A stretch of DNA of 38,853 nucleotides from a virus, in UHGV virus genome UHGV-0046264; one strand, written 5' to 3'. This document shows, in pieces, positions 19,427 through 28,989 of this stretch. The number at the start of each line of letters is the position of its first letter. Within the stretch, counting starts at the first letter, position 1. The notes under the pieces are model-generated. The model was not told the DNA's origin. It worked only from the letters and a program-made list of their open reading frames with translations, and made no database searches. The translations under genes and the position numbers were made by a program.

Positions 19427-19903
19427 ATGCAGACACTTAATTCCCAGCGTAAAGCTTTCCTTGATATGGTGGCATGGTCAGAAGGAACAGATAACGGACG
19501 GCAGAAAACCAGAAATCACGGTTATGATGTTATTGTCGGTGGCGAACTGTTCACTGATTACTCCGATCACCCCCGCAAACTTGTCACGCTAAATCCGAAA
19601 CTCAAATCAACAGCCGCTGGACGTTACCAGCTTCTTTCACGCTGGTGGGATGCCTACCGCAAGCAACTTGGCCTGAAAGATTTTTCTCCAGAAAGTCAGG
19701 ATGCTGTAGCGCTGCAGCAGATTAAAGAGCGTGGCGCTTTGCCGATGATTGATCGCGGTGATATCCGTCAGGCTATCGACCGTTGCAGCAATATATGGGC
19801 TTCACTGCCGGGCGCTGGTTATGGTCAGTTCGAGCATAAGGCTGACAGTCTGATTGCAAAATTCAAAGAAGCTGGCGGAACGGTCAGAGAGATTGAGGTA
19901 TGA
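19427..19903 (+). CDS. Endolysin, lambda R-like lytic transglycosylase, 158 aa
   Basis: Near-identical over most of its length to lambda R as I recall it ([47 protein letters not shown]...). Confidence 0.9.
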   Translation: MQTLNSQRKAFLDMVAWSEGTDNGRQKTRNHGYDVIVGGELFTDYSDHPRKLVTLNPKLKSTAAGRYQLLSRWWDAYRKQLGLKDFSPESQDAVALQQIKERGALPMIDRGDIRQAIDRCSNIWASLPGAGYGQFEHKADSLIAKFKEAGGTVREIEV

Positions 19904-20364
19904 GCAGAGTAACCGCGATTATCTCCGCTCTGGTTATCTGCATCGTCGTCTGCCTGTCATGGGGTGTTAATCATTACCGTGATAACGCCATCGCCTACAA
20001 AGAACAGCGCGACAAAAATGCCAGAGAACTGAAGCTGGCGAACGCGGCAATTACTGACATGCAGATGCGTCAGCGTGATGTTGCTGCGCTCGATGCAAAA
20101 TACACGAAGGAGTTAGCTGATGCGAAAGCTGAAAATGATGCTCTGCGTGATGATGTTGCCGCTGGTCGTCGTCGGTTGCACATCAAAGCAGTCTGTCAGT
20201 CAGTGCGTGAAGCCACCACCGCCTCCGGCGTGGATAATGCAGCCTCCCCCCGACTGGCAGACACCGCTGAACGGGATTATTTCACCCTCCGGGAACGACT
20301 GGTAATGATGCAGGCCCAACTTGAAGGTGCTCAGCAATACATAACCGAGCAGTGTTTAAAGTAA
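19900..20364 (+). CDS. rzpR: Rz inner-membrane spanin, 154 aa
   Basis: N-terminal transmembrane helix and coiled-coil body; ATGA overlap with the endolysin; Rz1 embedded in the +1 frame. Intact here, unlike the K-12 Rac remnant. Confidence 0.85.
   Translation: MSRVTAIISALVICIVVCLSWGVNHYRDNAIAYKEQRDKNARELKLANAAITDMQMRQRDVAALDAKYTKELADAKAENDALRDDVAAGRRRLHIKAVCQSVREATTASGVDNAASPRLADTAERDYFTLRERLVMMQAQLEGAQQYITEQCLK
20120..20305 (+). CDS. rzoR: Rz1 outer-membrane lipoprotein spanin, 61 aa, embedded in Rz
   Basis: [24 protein letters not shown]... lipobox LVVVGC and Pro-rich body; wholly inside Rz in another frame. Confidence 0.85.
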   Translation: MRKLKMMLCVMMLPLVVVGCTSKQSVSQCVKPPPPPAWIMQPPPDWQTPLNGIISPSGNDW

Positions 20365-20501
20365 AATCTTAACTACAATATGATTCATTTTGATGATTGT
20401 TTCATAAGGAACAGTGAAGTAAGATCTAAGAGGAGTTAAATTTTATACAGTATAATCATAATATTGCAGCAAGGTGGTTATAATTGAAAGAATATTTAGA
20501 T

Positions 20502-21959
20502 ATGAATACATCTCATGTAAGAGTTGTTACTCATATGTGTGGGTTCCTGGTTTGGCTCTATAGTCTTTCAATGTTGCCACCAATGGTTGTAGCATTGTTT
20601 TATAAAGAAAAAAGCCTGTTCGTTTTCTTTATAACTTTCGTTATATTTTTTTGCATTGGTGGCGGAGCGTGGTATACAACTAAGAAATCTGGCATTCAAT
20701 TACGTACCCGTGATGGGTTTATTATAATTGTAATGTTTTGGATTTTGTTTTCTGTTATTAGTGCATTCCCTTTATGGATTGACTCAGAACTTAATTTAAC
20801 GTTCATTGATGCTCTGTTTGAAGGGGTTTCTGGAATAACAACAACAGGAGCAACTGTAATTGATGATGTTAGTTCATTACCTCGGGCATATTTGTACTAT
20901 CGGTCACAGTTAAATTTTATAGGTGGTTTAGGAGTTATTGTTCTGGCGGTTGCTGTATTGCCATTATTGGGTATTGGTGGTGCAAAGCTTTATCAGTCAG
21001 AAATGCCGGGGCCATTTAAGGATGACAAACTCACTCCCCGCCTGGCCGATACGTCACGGACACTGTGGATAACTTATTCTTTATTAGGTATTGCTTGTAT
21101 TGTCTGTTATAGACTTGCAGGAATGCCTTTGTTTGATGCTATTTGTCACGGGATTTCCACAGTTTCGCTTGGTGGTTTCTCAACTCATAGCGAGAGTATC
21201 GGATATTTTAATAACTATTTGGTTGAGCTGGTGGCTGGTTCTTTTTCCCTGCTATCGGCTTTCAACTTCACTCTTTGGTATATTGTTATTAGCAGGAAAA
21301 CGATAAAACCTTTAATCAGAGATATTGAACTTCGTTTCTTTCTGTTAATAGCCTTAGGGGTGATCATTGTTACCTCTTTCCAGGTCTGGCATATAGGTAT
21401 GTATGACTTGCATGGAAGTTTTATTCATTCGTTTTTTCTTGCCAGCTCCATGCTCACTGATAATGGTTTAGCTACGCAGGATTATGCAAGTTGGCCCACG
21501 CACACGATAGTGTTTTTGCTGTTGTCAAGTTTCTTTGGGGGATGTATAGGTTCAACTTGTGGTGGAATTAAGTCACTTCGATTTCTTATACTTTTCAAAC
21601 AAAGCAAACACGAGATAAATCAGCTTTCTCATCCCAGAGCGTTGTTGAGTGTAAATGTAGGAGGGAAGATAGTTACAGATCGTGTAATGAGGTCTGTATG
21701 GAGTTTCTTTTTTCTTTATACTCTCTTCACGGTGTTTTTTATACTGGTGTTAAATGGTATGGGATATGATTTTCTTACATCATTTGCAACAGTGGCTGCA
21801 TGTATTAATAATATGGGATTAGGTTTTGGGGCTACTGCATCGTCATTCGGAGTGCTTAATGACATTGCAAAATGTTTAATGTGCATAGCTATGATTCTTG
21901 GTCGCCTTGAAATTTATCCTGTTATTATATTGTTTTCAGGTTTTTTTTGGCGCTCCTAA
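20502..21959 (+). CDS. trkG: TrkG potassium uptake protein (TrkH family), 485 aa
   Basis: Polytopic membrane protein starting MNTSHVRVVTHMCGFLVWLYSL; AT-rich codon usage; known Rac moron located after the lysis genes. Confidence 0.9.
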   Translation: MNTSHVRVVTHMCGFLVWLYSLSMLPPMVVALFYKEKSLFVFFITFVIFFCIGGGAWYTTKKSGIQLRTRDGFIIIVMFWILFSVISAFPLWIDSELNLTFIDALFEGVSGITTTGATVIDDVSSLPRAYLYYRSQLNFIGGLGVIVLAVAVLPLLGIGGAKLYQSEMPGPFKDDKLTPRLADTSRTLWITYSLLGIACIVCYRLAGMPLFDAICHGISTVSLGGFSTHSESIGYFNNYLVELVAGSFSLLSAFNFTLWYIVISRKTIKPLIRDIELRFFLLIALGVIIVTSFQVWHIGMYDLHGSFIHSFFLASSMLTDNGLATQDYASWPTHTIVFLLLSSFFGGCIGSTCGGIKSLRFLILFKQSKHEINQLSHPRALLSVNVGGKIVTDRVMRSVWSFFFLYTLFTVFFILVLNGMGYDFLTSFATVAACINNMGLGFGATASSFGVLNDIAKCLMCIAMILGRLEIYPVIILFSGFFWRS

Positions 21960-22045
21960 TATATGGCTGATTTATAATTGTGAGTTTAATATTATGTTGA
22001 CTCACTCATTGATCCAATACCTAACTTTACCAGCAACACCTCCGT

Positions 22046-22077
22046 CCCCAGTAGCACTGGCTGCTGGGGTGCGTTTT
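22046..22077 (+). terminator. Intrinsic terminator downstream of trkG: 10-bp stem CCCCAGTAGC/GCTGCTGGGG (one G-U pair), ACTG loop, then TGCGTTTTATT
   Basis: Strong hairpin plus U-rich tract about 85 bp after the trkG stop. Confidence 0.65.
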
Positions 22078-22096
22078 ATTCATAAAGCAAGGCTGT

Positions 22097-22888
22097 ATGA
22101 GCGAGAAATTAAAGATAGTCTATCGCCCATTACAAGAATTGTCACCGTATGCGCACAACGCCAGGACGCACAGTACTGAGCAGGTGGCACAACTGGTAGA
22201 AAGTATTAAGCAATTCGGCTGGACTAATCCGGTGCTGATTGACGAAAAGGGCGAAATTATTGCGGGTCACGGTCGTGTTATGGCGGCTGAAATGCTCAAA
22301 ATGGATTCTGTTCCGGTCATTGTTCTGTCTGGCCTGACGGATGAGCAGAAAAAGGCGTACCGCCTGGCAGATAATCGCCTGCCGATGAATGCTGGCTGGG
22401 ATGAAGATCTGTTGCGGATGGAGCTGTCGGACCTAATCAATGCTGATTTTGATGTCTCCCTGACAGGCTTCATCCCGACAGAAATTGATGAACTGTTGAC
22501 GGATGTTTTGCCCGGTACAGGAAATGAGGAGGAGCCGTATACGACGAAAATTGATACGCCTGTTTATGAGCCGTCGGGCGGTAAACCGGATATCAGTGAA
22601 CTGTACGACGATACGAAAACTCAGGAGCTGATCAGCCGGATACGTTCGGCGTCCCTTGAGCCTGATATTGAGAAATTCCTCCTGTGTGCGGCAGAACGTC
22701 ACACGGTGTTTAATTTCAGCAGAATTGCGGACTATTACGCTCACGCCCCCTCTGAAATTCAGTGTTTTTTCGAGGAGTCGGCGCTGGTGATCATTGATTA
22801 TCAGCAGGCTATTGAAAATGGATTTGTCCGGATGACGCAGCGCATGGTGGAGATCATGCATGGTGGTGAGGAGGAGGAATATGCGTGA
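22097..22888 (+). CDS. ParB-like nuclease domain protein (YnaK-like N-terminus) with uncharacterised C-terminal domain, 263 aa
   Basis: N-terminal motifs LSPYAHNARTHS, IIAGHGR, YRLADNR characteristic of ParB N-terminal/sulfiredoxin-fold nuclease domains; C-terminal ~170 aa acidic and unrecognised. Confidence 0.7.
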   Translation: MSEKLKIVYRPLQELSPYAHNARTHSTEQVAQLVESIKQFGWTNPVLIDEKGEIIAGHGRVMAAEMLKMDSVPVIVLSGLTDEQKKAYRLADNRLPMNAGWDEDLLRMELSDLINADFDVSLTGFIPTEIDELLTDVLPGTGNEEEPYTTKIDTPVYEPSGGKPDISELYDDTKTQELISRIRSASLEPDIEKFLLCAAERHTVFNFSRIADYYAHAPSEIQCFFEESALVIIDYQQAIENGFVRMTQRMVEIMHGGEEEEYA

Positions 22889-23813
22889 TGATTTTTGCGC
22901 CTTTATTCTGACTCACGGGCGACCGGACAAAGTTCTGACTTACCGGACGTTGCGTCGTGCTGGCTATACCGGGAAAATTTTTATCGTTGTTGATGATGAA
23001 GATAAGACACGGCATCAGTACATGGCTGAATTTGGTGAACAGGTGCTGGTGTTTTCCAAAGCCGATATCGCCAGTCGTTTTGACGAAGCCGATAATTTCT
23101 GTGACCGCCGCTCAATTTTTTACGCCCGTAATGCCTGTTTCGACCTGGCAAAACTGGTCGGGTGTAAATACTTCATTCAGCTCGATGATGATTATCACGA
23201 GTTCCAGTTTCGGGTGGATCGCAACTATGACCAGGCCTATTTTCCGATAAGGAAACTGGATGCGATCCTTTCTGAAATGCTGGCGTACTACGAATCAATA
23301 CCTGCTCTTTCCATCGCTATGTCGCAGGGCGGGGATTTTCTTGGTGACAATGGCGGCCATGCTTCGTGGGTGAAACGCAAGGCAATGAACAGCTTTATCT
23401 GTTCGGTTGATCGACCGTTCTCATTCATGGGGCGCATTAACGAGGATGTGAATACGTACACGAATCTCGGTCGCTGTGGTGAATTGTTTATGACGATCGG
23501 TGCTGTCCAGTTAGGGCAGAAACAGACGCAGAAAAACAGCGGCGGAATGACCGAGCTGTATCTGGATTCCGGAACCTACGTTAAAAGTTTTTACTCCGTC
23601 ATGTATGCGCCGTCGTGCGTAAAAATCTCACTGATGGGTGCCAGCCATAAACGCATTCACCATCAGGTCACCTGGAACAACGCTGCAGTAAAAATCCTTC
23701 ACGAAAAATACAGGAAGAAGACACCCTGCATATCAATGGGGGTGACAAATGATTCCGTATTCGAAAGTCGAGTCTCTGGCAGCGTGCCGGATGACTGCAC
23801 AACAAATCGCTGA
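22881..23813 (+). CDS. Hypothetical protein with DxD-type motif (possible GT-A-like nucleotide-sugar transferase fold), 310 aa
   Basis: GAGGAGGAGGAA ribosome binding site before the ATG; ATGCGTGA overlap with the upstream ParB-like gene; motifs KIFIVVDDED and FIQLDDDYHEF. Fold assignment is inference only. Confidence 0.45.
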   Translation: MRDDFCAFILTHGRPDKVLTYRTLRRAGYTGKIFIVVDDEDKTRHQYMAEFGEQVLVFSKADIASRFDEADNFCDRRSIFYARNACFDLAKLVGCKYFIQLDDDYHEFQFRVDRNYDQAYFPIRKLDAILSEMLAYYESIPALSIAMSQGGDFLGDNGGHASWVKRKAMNSFICSVDRPFSFMGRINEDVNTYTNLGRCGELFMTIGAVQLGQKQTQKNSGGMTELYLDSGTYVKSFYSVMYAPSCVKISLMGASHKRIHHQVTWNNAAVKILHEKYRKKTPCISMGVTNDSVFESRVSGSVPDDCTTNR

Positions 23814-24000
23814 CGTTCTGGATGTTGATCTGAACCGACTGAAAGAAAATCGGGAAGCAATGACAGATTTTTATGCGGCCATCCGTAAGGGCAGAGCGAA
23901 AGGTGAAGCCGAGTTACGAGCGGCATTGTTTAAGCTTGCCAGAAAAGGGGATGCCTTTGCTCTGCGCGAACTACTCAGGGTGGATAAAAATCAGGACTAA
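23749..24000 (+). CDS. Small putative HTH DNA-binding protein upstream of terS, 83 aa (start uncertain)
   Basis: GGGGGTGA before the ATG; HTH-like segment MTAQQIADVLDVDLNRLK; overlaps the 3' end of the upstream gene. Confidence 0.45.
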   Translation: MIPYSKVESLAACRMTAQQIADVLDVDLNRLKENREAMTDFYAAIRKGRAKGEAELRAALFKLARKGDAFALRELLRVDKNQD

Positions 24001-24003
24001 CTG

Positions 24004-25098
24004 ATGAGCAGACCGGACTGGGGGGCGTTGCAGCAGGAGTATATTGCTGAATACACCCGCTCCGGTATATCTCCGGTGGCATGGTGTGAAGCAAGGGGAC
24101 TGAATTACGCAACAGCCCGTCGTTACATCAAAAAAACTCCGAAAAATGCGCAGACAGAAATGTGCAAAACTGCGCAAAAAAGTGCGCAGAAAAAATCTGC
24201 GCAGACTGCACAAAAGCGGAACGAAAAATCTCAGGAAAAAAAGCCAGTATTCGATGCGGGCCTGAATGAGGGCGACGCGGAGGAATTTTCGTTCTGTCCC
24301 GATGAATTCGGCATTTCTGACCAGCAGGCTAAGTTTGCGATGCTTGTTGCTCAGGGTAAAAAGCCGACAGAGGCGTACCGACTAGCCGGTTATGAGGGGC
24401 AAGGTGCGACAGCTAATAGCAACGCCAGTCGTATGCTTAGAAATGCCAGGGTTTTTCGCGCTATCAGCTACTTCCGCAATCAGTACCAGAAACGCTATAC
24501 CGCAGACCTGGATTTACTAGTGAGTCAGTTGATGGCCATTGTCCTGGCCGACCCCAATCAGCTTGCACAATTTCGCCGTGTTAACTGCCGTTATTGCTGG
24601 GGCGAGAATCATCTCTACCAGTGGCGCGATATAGCAGAATTCGACAAGGCAGCGGCGCAGGCTTCCAGAGATGGCAAACCCGAACCGGAATATGGAGGCC
24701 TCGGCTTTGTTGATAACGCCATACCCAATCCGGACTGCCCGAAGTGCTGCGGTGAGGGAACGGGACAGCTTTATATGGCTGATACCACTCTGCTTGATGG
24801 GGATGCGCGGCAATTATATGCAGGGGCAAAATTCGGAAAATTCGGCGTTGAGATCCTGCTGGAGGATAAGGCTGCCGCCCGGCGTGAATTGTTGCGTTTG
24901 CTTTCTGCTGGCGGGGCTTTATGTGCAGATAAGCGGCTACAGGAACTGGAAATTGAACGGCGCAGAATGGAAAACCAGAAGCTGCGCAAAGAGATCGAAA
25001 CGGTGGAAGATAATGAACATCCCCAGCCTGTGGCGATCAATATTAATGTGGTTGATGCCAGAGTAAGGAGTGATGAAGATGATCTCTCCGACGCTTAA
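24004..25098 (+). CDS. Terminase small subunit, 364 aa
   Basis: N-terminal HTH; Terminase_2-like segment (FAMLVAQGKKPTEAYRLAGYEG); immediately upstream of and overlapping the large subunit gene. Confidence 0.75.
   Translation: MSRPDWGALQQEYIAEYTRSGISPVAWCEARGLNYATARRYIKKTPKNAQTEMCKTAQKSAQKKSAQTAQKRNEKSQEKKPVFDAGLNEGDAEEFSFCPDEFGISDQQAKFAMLVAQGKKPTEAYRLAGYEGQGATANSNASRMLRNARVFRAISYFRNQYQKRYTADLDLLVSQLMAIVLADPNQLAQFRRVNCRYCWGENHLYQWRDIAEFDKAAAQASRDGKPEPEYGGLGFVDNAIPNPDCPKCCGEGTGQLYMADTTLLDGDARQLYAGAKFGKFGVEILLEDKAAARRELLRLLSAGGALCADKRLQELEIERRRMENQKLRKEIETVEDNEHPQPVAININVVDARVRSDEDDLSDA
24147..24211. repeat. Periodic TGCGCA palindrome array inside terS (candidate pac site)
   Basis: TGCGCA at 24147, 24171, 24183, 24198 with near-copies TGTGCA (24161) and TGCACA (24206), spaced about 12-24 bp; encodes the low-complexity AQK-rich protein segment. 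Confidence 0.4.
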
Positions 25099-26380
25099 TG
25101 TGCCTCAGGCGCGATTTCTTTCAATGCCCCATAAATTTAAAGCCTATATTGCTGGTTTTGGCTCGGGCAAAACATGGGTTGGGTGTGGCGGCATATGCAA
25201 GGGGATTTGGGAGCATCCAGGTATAAATCAGGGATATTTTGCGCCAACGTATCCCCAAATTCGCGATATTTTTTACCCTACAGTGGAAGAAGTTGCTGCT
25301 GACTGGGGATTGAACGTAAAAATTAATGAGGGAAATAAAGAGGTTCACTTTTATTACGGACGCCAGTATCGGGGAACCACTATCTGCAGATCGATGGAGA
25401 AGCCACAAACGATCGTCGGTTTCAAAATTGGTAATGCGTTGGTGGATGAACTGGACATTTTGCCGAAGGAAAAAGCCAGAACGGCGTGGCGCAAGATAAT
25501 TGCACGTATGCGTTATAAGATTGATGGACTTCGCAACGGTATTGACGTTACAACCACGCCGGAAGGATTCAAATTTGTCTACGAGCAGTTTGTTAAAGCC
25601 GTGCGTGAAAAAACAGAGCTGGCCTCACTGTATGGTCTGGTGCAGGCATCTACTTTCGATAATGAAAAGAACCTGCCAGCAGATTACATTCCTTCGCTTC
25701 TTGAATCATACCCTCCAGAGCTGATTAAAGCCTATCTTCGAGGACAGTTTACTAACCTGACAAGTGGTACTGTTTACCATCAGTTTGACCGGAAACTGAA
25801 TAATTGCGAAGAAGTGGAGCAGCCAGGGGAGCCGATTTATATTGGGATGGATTTTAACGTTGGAAAGATGGCGGGAATCGTCCATGTGCTGCGTTTGGGG
25901 CTTCCATGTGCGGTAACTGAAATCATCAATGCCTACGATACGCCGGATATGATCCGCATCATTAAAGAACGCTTCTGGCTGTATGATGGGAATGATTACC
26001 GGAAAGTGAGGGAAATTTATATTTATCCAGATGCTTCCGGGGATTCCAGAAAATCAAGTAACGCAAGTACGACGGATATAGCCCAGCTTAAGCAGGCTGG
26101 TTTTAACGTTGTGGTGAACAGCTCGAACCCGCCAGTAAAAGATCGCGTTAACTCAATGAATGCAATGTTCTGCAATGCCAATGGTGAGCGTCGCTATAAA
26201 GTTAATGTGAAGCGTTGCCCGTTATATGCCGAATCTCTGGAGCAACAGGTCTGGGATGAGAAGGGGGAGCCTGATAAAAAATCTGGCAATGATCACCCGA
26301 ATGATGCCGGAGGTTATTTCATCGTTAAGCAATTCCCTATTGTCAAACCGACCGGAAGAGTCACATCACTTCGGATTTAA
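25070..26380 (+). CDS. Terminase large subunit, 436 aa
   Basis: Walker A-like AGFGSGKTW near the N-terminus; Asp/Glu-rich C-terminal nuclease-like region; lies between terS and portal. Confidence 0.85.
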   Translation: MMKMISPTLNVPQARFLSMPHKFKAYIAGFGSGKTWVGCGGICKGIWEHPGINQGYFAPTYPQIRDIFYPTVEEVAADWGLNVKINEGNKEVHFYYGRQYRGTTICRSMEKPQTIVGFKIGNALVDELDILPKEKARTAWRKIIARMRYKIDGLRNGIDVTTTPEGFKFVYEQFVKAVREKTELASLYGLVQASTFDNEKNLPADYIPSLLESYPPELIKAYLRGQFTNLTSGTVYHQFDRKLNNCEEVEQPGEPIYIGMDFNVGKMAGIVHVLRLGLPCAVTEIINAYDTPDMIRIIKERFWLYDGNDYRKVREIYIYPDASGDSRKSSNASTTDIAQLKQAGFNVVVNSSNPPVKDRVNSMNAMFCNANGERRYKVNVKRCPLYAESLEQQVWDEKGEPDKKSGNDHPNDAGGYFIVKQFPIVKPTGRVTSLRI

Positions 26381-26382
26381 TT

Positions 26383-27789
26383 ATGGCTGATATATCAACA
26401 CCCAACCTCGACTATAACGATATGCTGGAGGCGTGGGATATTAACGACGCACTGATGGGCGGTACGCTTGAAATGCGCAGGCAGGGGGAAAATTATCTCC
26501 CAAAATGGCCTAACGAAGATGAAGACGCTTATAAAAAACGCCTGTCTGTGGCTACGCTACTTCCTGTGTATGAAGAAAGCATCAAGCAAAATATTGGGCG
26601 CATATTTGCAGAGCCGACAGTATTGAGTGAGGAAACGCCGGCAAAAATCAGGGAATATGCAGAAAATATCGACATGGAGGGGAGCCGACTGGATGTGTGG
26701 GCGCAGCAATTTTTCAGCCTCGCATTTCAGTATGGTGTGGCACATGCGCTGGTGGACTATCCACGAACGGATATGAAAGAGATTCGGACAAAAGCCGATG
26801 AAAACGCGGCCGGTGGTCGTCCGTACGTTACGATGCTGAATCCACGCCAGGTTATTGGATGGAAATCGAAAGTTGAAAAAGGGAAAGTTGTTCTCACTGA
26901 TTTGCGTATAAAAGAGGTCATCATTATTGATGGTGATGATTTCGGGCAGAAGAAGGTGGAGCAGATCCGCCATATTATGCCCCGTCGAGTTGAAATTTAT
27001 CGACGTAGCGAAGGCACTAATGGCGAATCTGTCTGGACGCTTCATGAGTCATGGAATACCAGCCGTGATGATATTCCTCTGGTAACACTGTACACGAAGA
27101 AAACAGGATTTATGCGTGGTACACCGCCATTGCTTAATCTTGGCTTGCTGAATATCAAGCACTGGCAAAGCCAGAGCGAGCAGGACAATATTCTTCATGT
27201 TGCCCGCGTTCCATTGCTGGTGGCCTACGGGCTGGACAGGAATGAAGAACTGACGGTTGGTGCATCCACCGCTACGATTTTTGAGGACAGAACAAAAAAT
27301 GGCCTCGAATATGTTGAACATAGTGGCGCAGCGATAGAATCTGGCGAAACATCACTTGAGAAGCTGGAAAATCAGATGCGTCATGCCGGCGCTAAACTTC
27401 TGCGTGCTGAAAATACATCCACCAAATCTGTTGATCAGACTAATGAAGAGCGAATGCAGGAAAACTCGCCGCTTTATACAATGGCGAACTCCCTCGAAGA
27501 TGCCCTCGATAATATTCTCCAGATAATGGCGGAATGGATCGGAGAGAGTTGCGGTGGCAATGTGGATGTGCGCACTGAACTGGATGTATCTGCCCAGGTG
27601 TTTGACTCATCCTCCGCGCTGGCTGTTCAGTCATTGCGTCAGGGCGGTGATATACGTCAGATTGATGCGGTTCGGGTGTTGCAGGCGTTGAAATTTATCG
27701 ATCAGGATTCCCGTCCAGAGGAAGTGATCGATGAATTAAAAAATCAGAGTGTAATGCTGATGGAAATCAATGATGCAAACCGTGAATGA
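26383..27789 (+). CDS. Portal protein, 468 aa
   Basis: Size and position between terL and the head morphogenesis gene; acidic C-terminus. Confidence 0.75.
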   Translation: MADISTPNLDYNDMLEAWDINDALMGGTLEMRRQGENYLPKWPNEDEDAYKKRLSVATLLPVYEESIKQNIGRIFAEPTVLSEETPAKIREYAENIDMEGSRLDVWAQQFFSLAFQYGVAHALVDYPRTDMKEIRTKADENAAGGRPYVTMLNPRQVIGWKSKVEKGKVVLTDLRIKEVIIIDGDDFGQKKVEQIRHIMPRRVEIYRRSEGTNGESVWTLHESWNTSRDDIPLVTLYTKKTGFMRGTPPLLNLGLLNIKHWQSQSEQDNILHVARVPLLVAYGLDRNEELTVGASTATIFEDRTKNGLEYVEHSGAAIESGETSLEKLENQMRHAGAKLLRAENTSTKSVDQTNEERMQENSPLYTMANSLEDALDNILQIMAEWIGESCGGNVDVRTELDVSAQVFDSSSALAVQSLRQGGDIRQIDAVRVLQALKFIDQDSRPEEVIDELKNQSVMLMEINDANRE

Positions 27790-28885
27790 ACGGCTGCGTG
27801 ATGAATCAATTGCTCATGCAGTCTGGATATCCCGCTATAGCACTGGCGTGGCTGCCAGAATGGTGAAAATACTGAATGACAGCGATGCGGAACTTACTGC
27901 TCGCCTGCTGATAGCACTGGACAGCCTCGATCCAGGTAGTTTTACCGTTAAGCGCCTGGAGTCACTTCTGGCGAGCGTCAGAGAGGTTAACCGCACTGCT
28001 ATTAACAGCATGTTTACCAGTCTCTCCGGAGAGCTGAACGAGCTGGCAATTTATGAGGCTGGTTATCAGTTAAGTCTGTTTGATTCTATGCTACCTGATT
28101 TTGTTGCTGATGTTCACCCTCTGGTTGGTATCTCTCCTGATGCACTTTATGCCGCTGCAATGGCGCGACCATTCCAGGGACGACTGCTCAGTGAGTGGGC
28201 CTCAGATCTTGAAGCGGATCGGCTCAGACGCATAACAAATACAGTGCGTCAGGGTTTTTTGCTGGGGGATACCAATGAGCAGATCGCAAGAAAAATTCGG
28301 GGACATGTCAGTAAGGGATTTCAGGATGGTGCATTGCAGATGAGCCGGGCTAATGCGGCCAGCATTGCAAAAACAGCGGTTGGACATCTTGCTGCTACTG
28401 CCCGTGAGAGTTTTGCCAGCGCGAATAATGATTTGATTAAGGGTAAGCAATGGTTATCAACGCTTGATAATCGTACTACGCCACAATGTCGAATCAGGGA
28501 TCGCCTCAAATATACGCTGAATAATAAACCTGTAGGTCACAGCGTGCCTTATTTGCAGGGGCCGGGAAAAATTCATTTCTGCTGCCGCTCAACGGAAACG
28601 TTCATTCTGAAATCAGCGAAGGAACTGGGTATTGATGTTCGCGATATTTCCCCGGCTGAGCGGGCCAGCATGGATGGCGTGGTGGCCGGAGATACAACCT
28701 ACAGGGAATGGTTTTTGCGTCAGCCTTACACCAGACAAAAACAGATTGTGGGGGAAACCCGAGCAAAGCTGATTCGGGATGGTGGTATGTCGCCAGATGA
28801 ATTTTACACCGATAAAGGCGAATGGCTGACGCTGAAGCAGCTCCGTGAGCGTGATGCACAGGTATTCAGAAAAGCAGGGATTTAA
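27770..28885 (+). CDS. Head morphogenesis protein (SPP1 gp7 / Mu F-like minor head protein), 371 aa
   Basis: Position immediately after portal, overlapping its 3' end; size and motifs typical of the family as I recall it. Confidence 0.65.
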   Translation: MMQTVNERLRDESIAHAVWISRYSTGVAARMVKILNDSDAELTARLLIALDSLDPGSFTVKRLESLLASVREVNRTAINSMFTSLSGELNELAIYEAGYQLSLFDSMLPDFVADVHPLVGISPDALYAAAMARPFQGRLLSEWASDLEADRLRRITNTVRQGFLLGDTNEQIARKIRGHVSKGFQDGALQMSRANAASIAKTAVGHLAATARESFASANNDLIKGKQWLSTLDNRTTPQCRIRDRLKYTLNNKPVGHSVPYLQGPGKIHFCCRSTETFILKSAKELGIDVRDISPAERASMDGVVAGDTTYREWFLRQPYTRQKQIVGETRAKLIRDGGMSPDEFYTDKGEWLTLKQLRERDAQVFRKAGI

Positions 28886-28904
28886 ATAAATCATTTATTA
28901 CAAC

Positions 28905-28929
28905 AGGCTACCTTCGGGTGGCCTTTTTT
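28905..28929 (+). terminator. Intrinsic terminator-like hairpin with UUCG tetraloop: AGGCTACC-TTCG-GGTGGCCT followed by TTTTTT
   Basis: 8-bp stem (one G-U pair), TTCG loop, T6 tract, between the head morphogenesis and scaffold genes. Confidence 0.6.
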
Positions 28930-28989
28930 ATTGCTGCGATCCGGATGGTGAGCAGCGTAACTGTCGGAAGACTTAAACCAGGTACTAAT

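Noticed and set aside
21898-22179. 93-aa ORF spanning the trkG 3' end, the terminator and the ParB-like gene start
   Set aside because: It crosses a strong terminator hairpin and overlaps two supported genes in other frames; no ribosome binding site.
24140-24215. CRISPR-like or tandem-repeat array in terS
   Set aside because: The repeats are 6-bp palindromes with irregular spacing inside a coding sequence, not repeat-spacer units; interpreted as a possible pac site instead.
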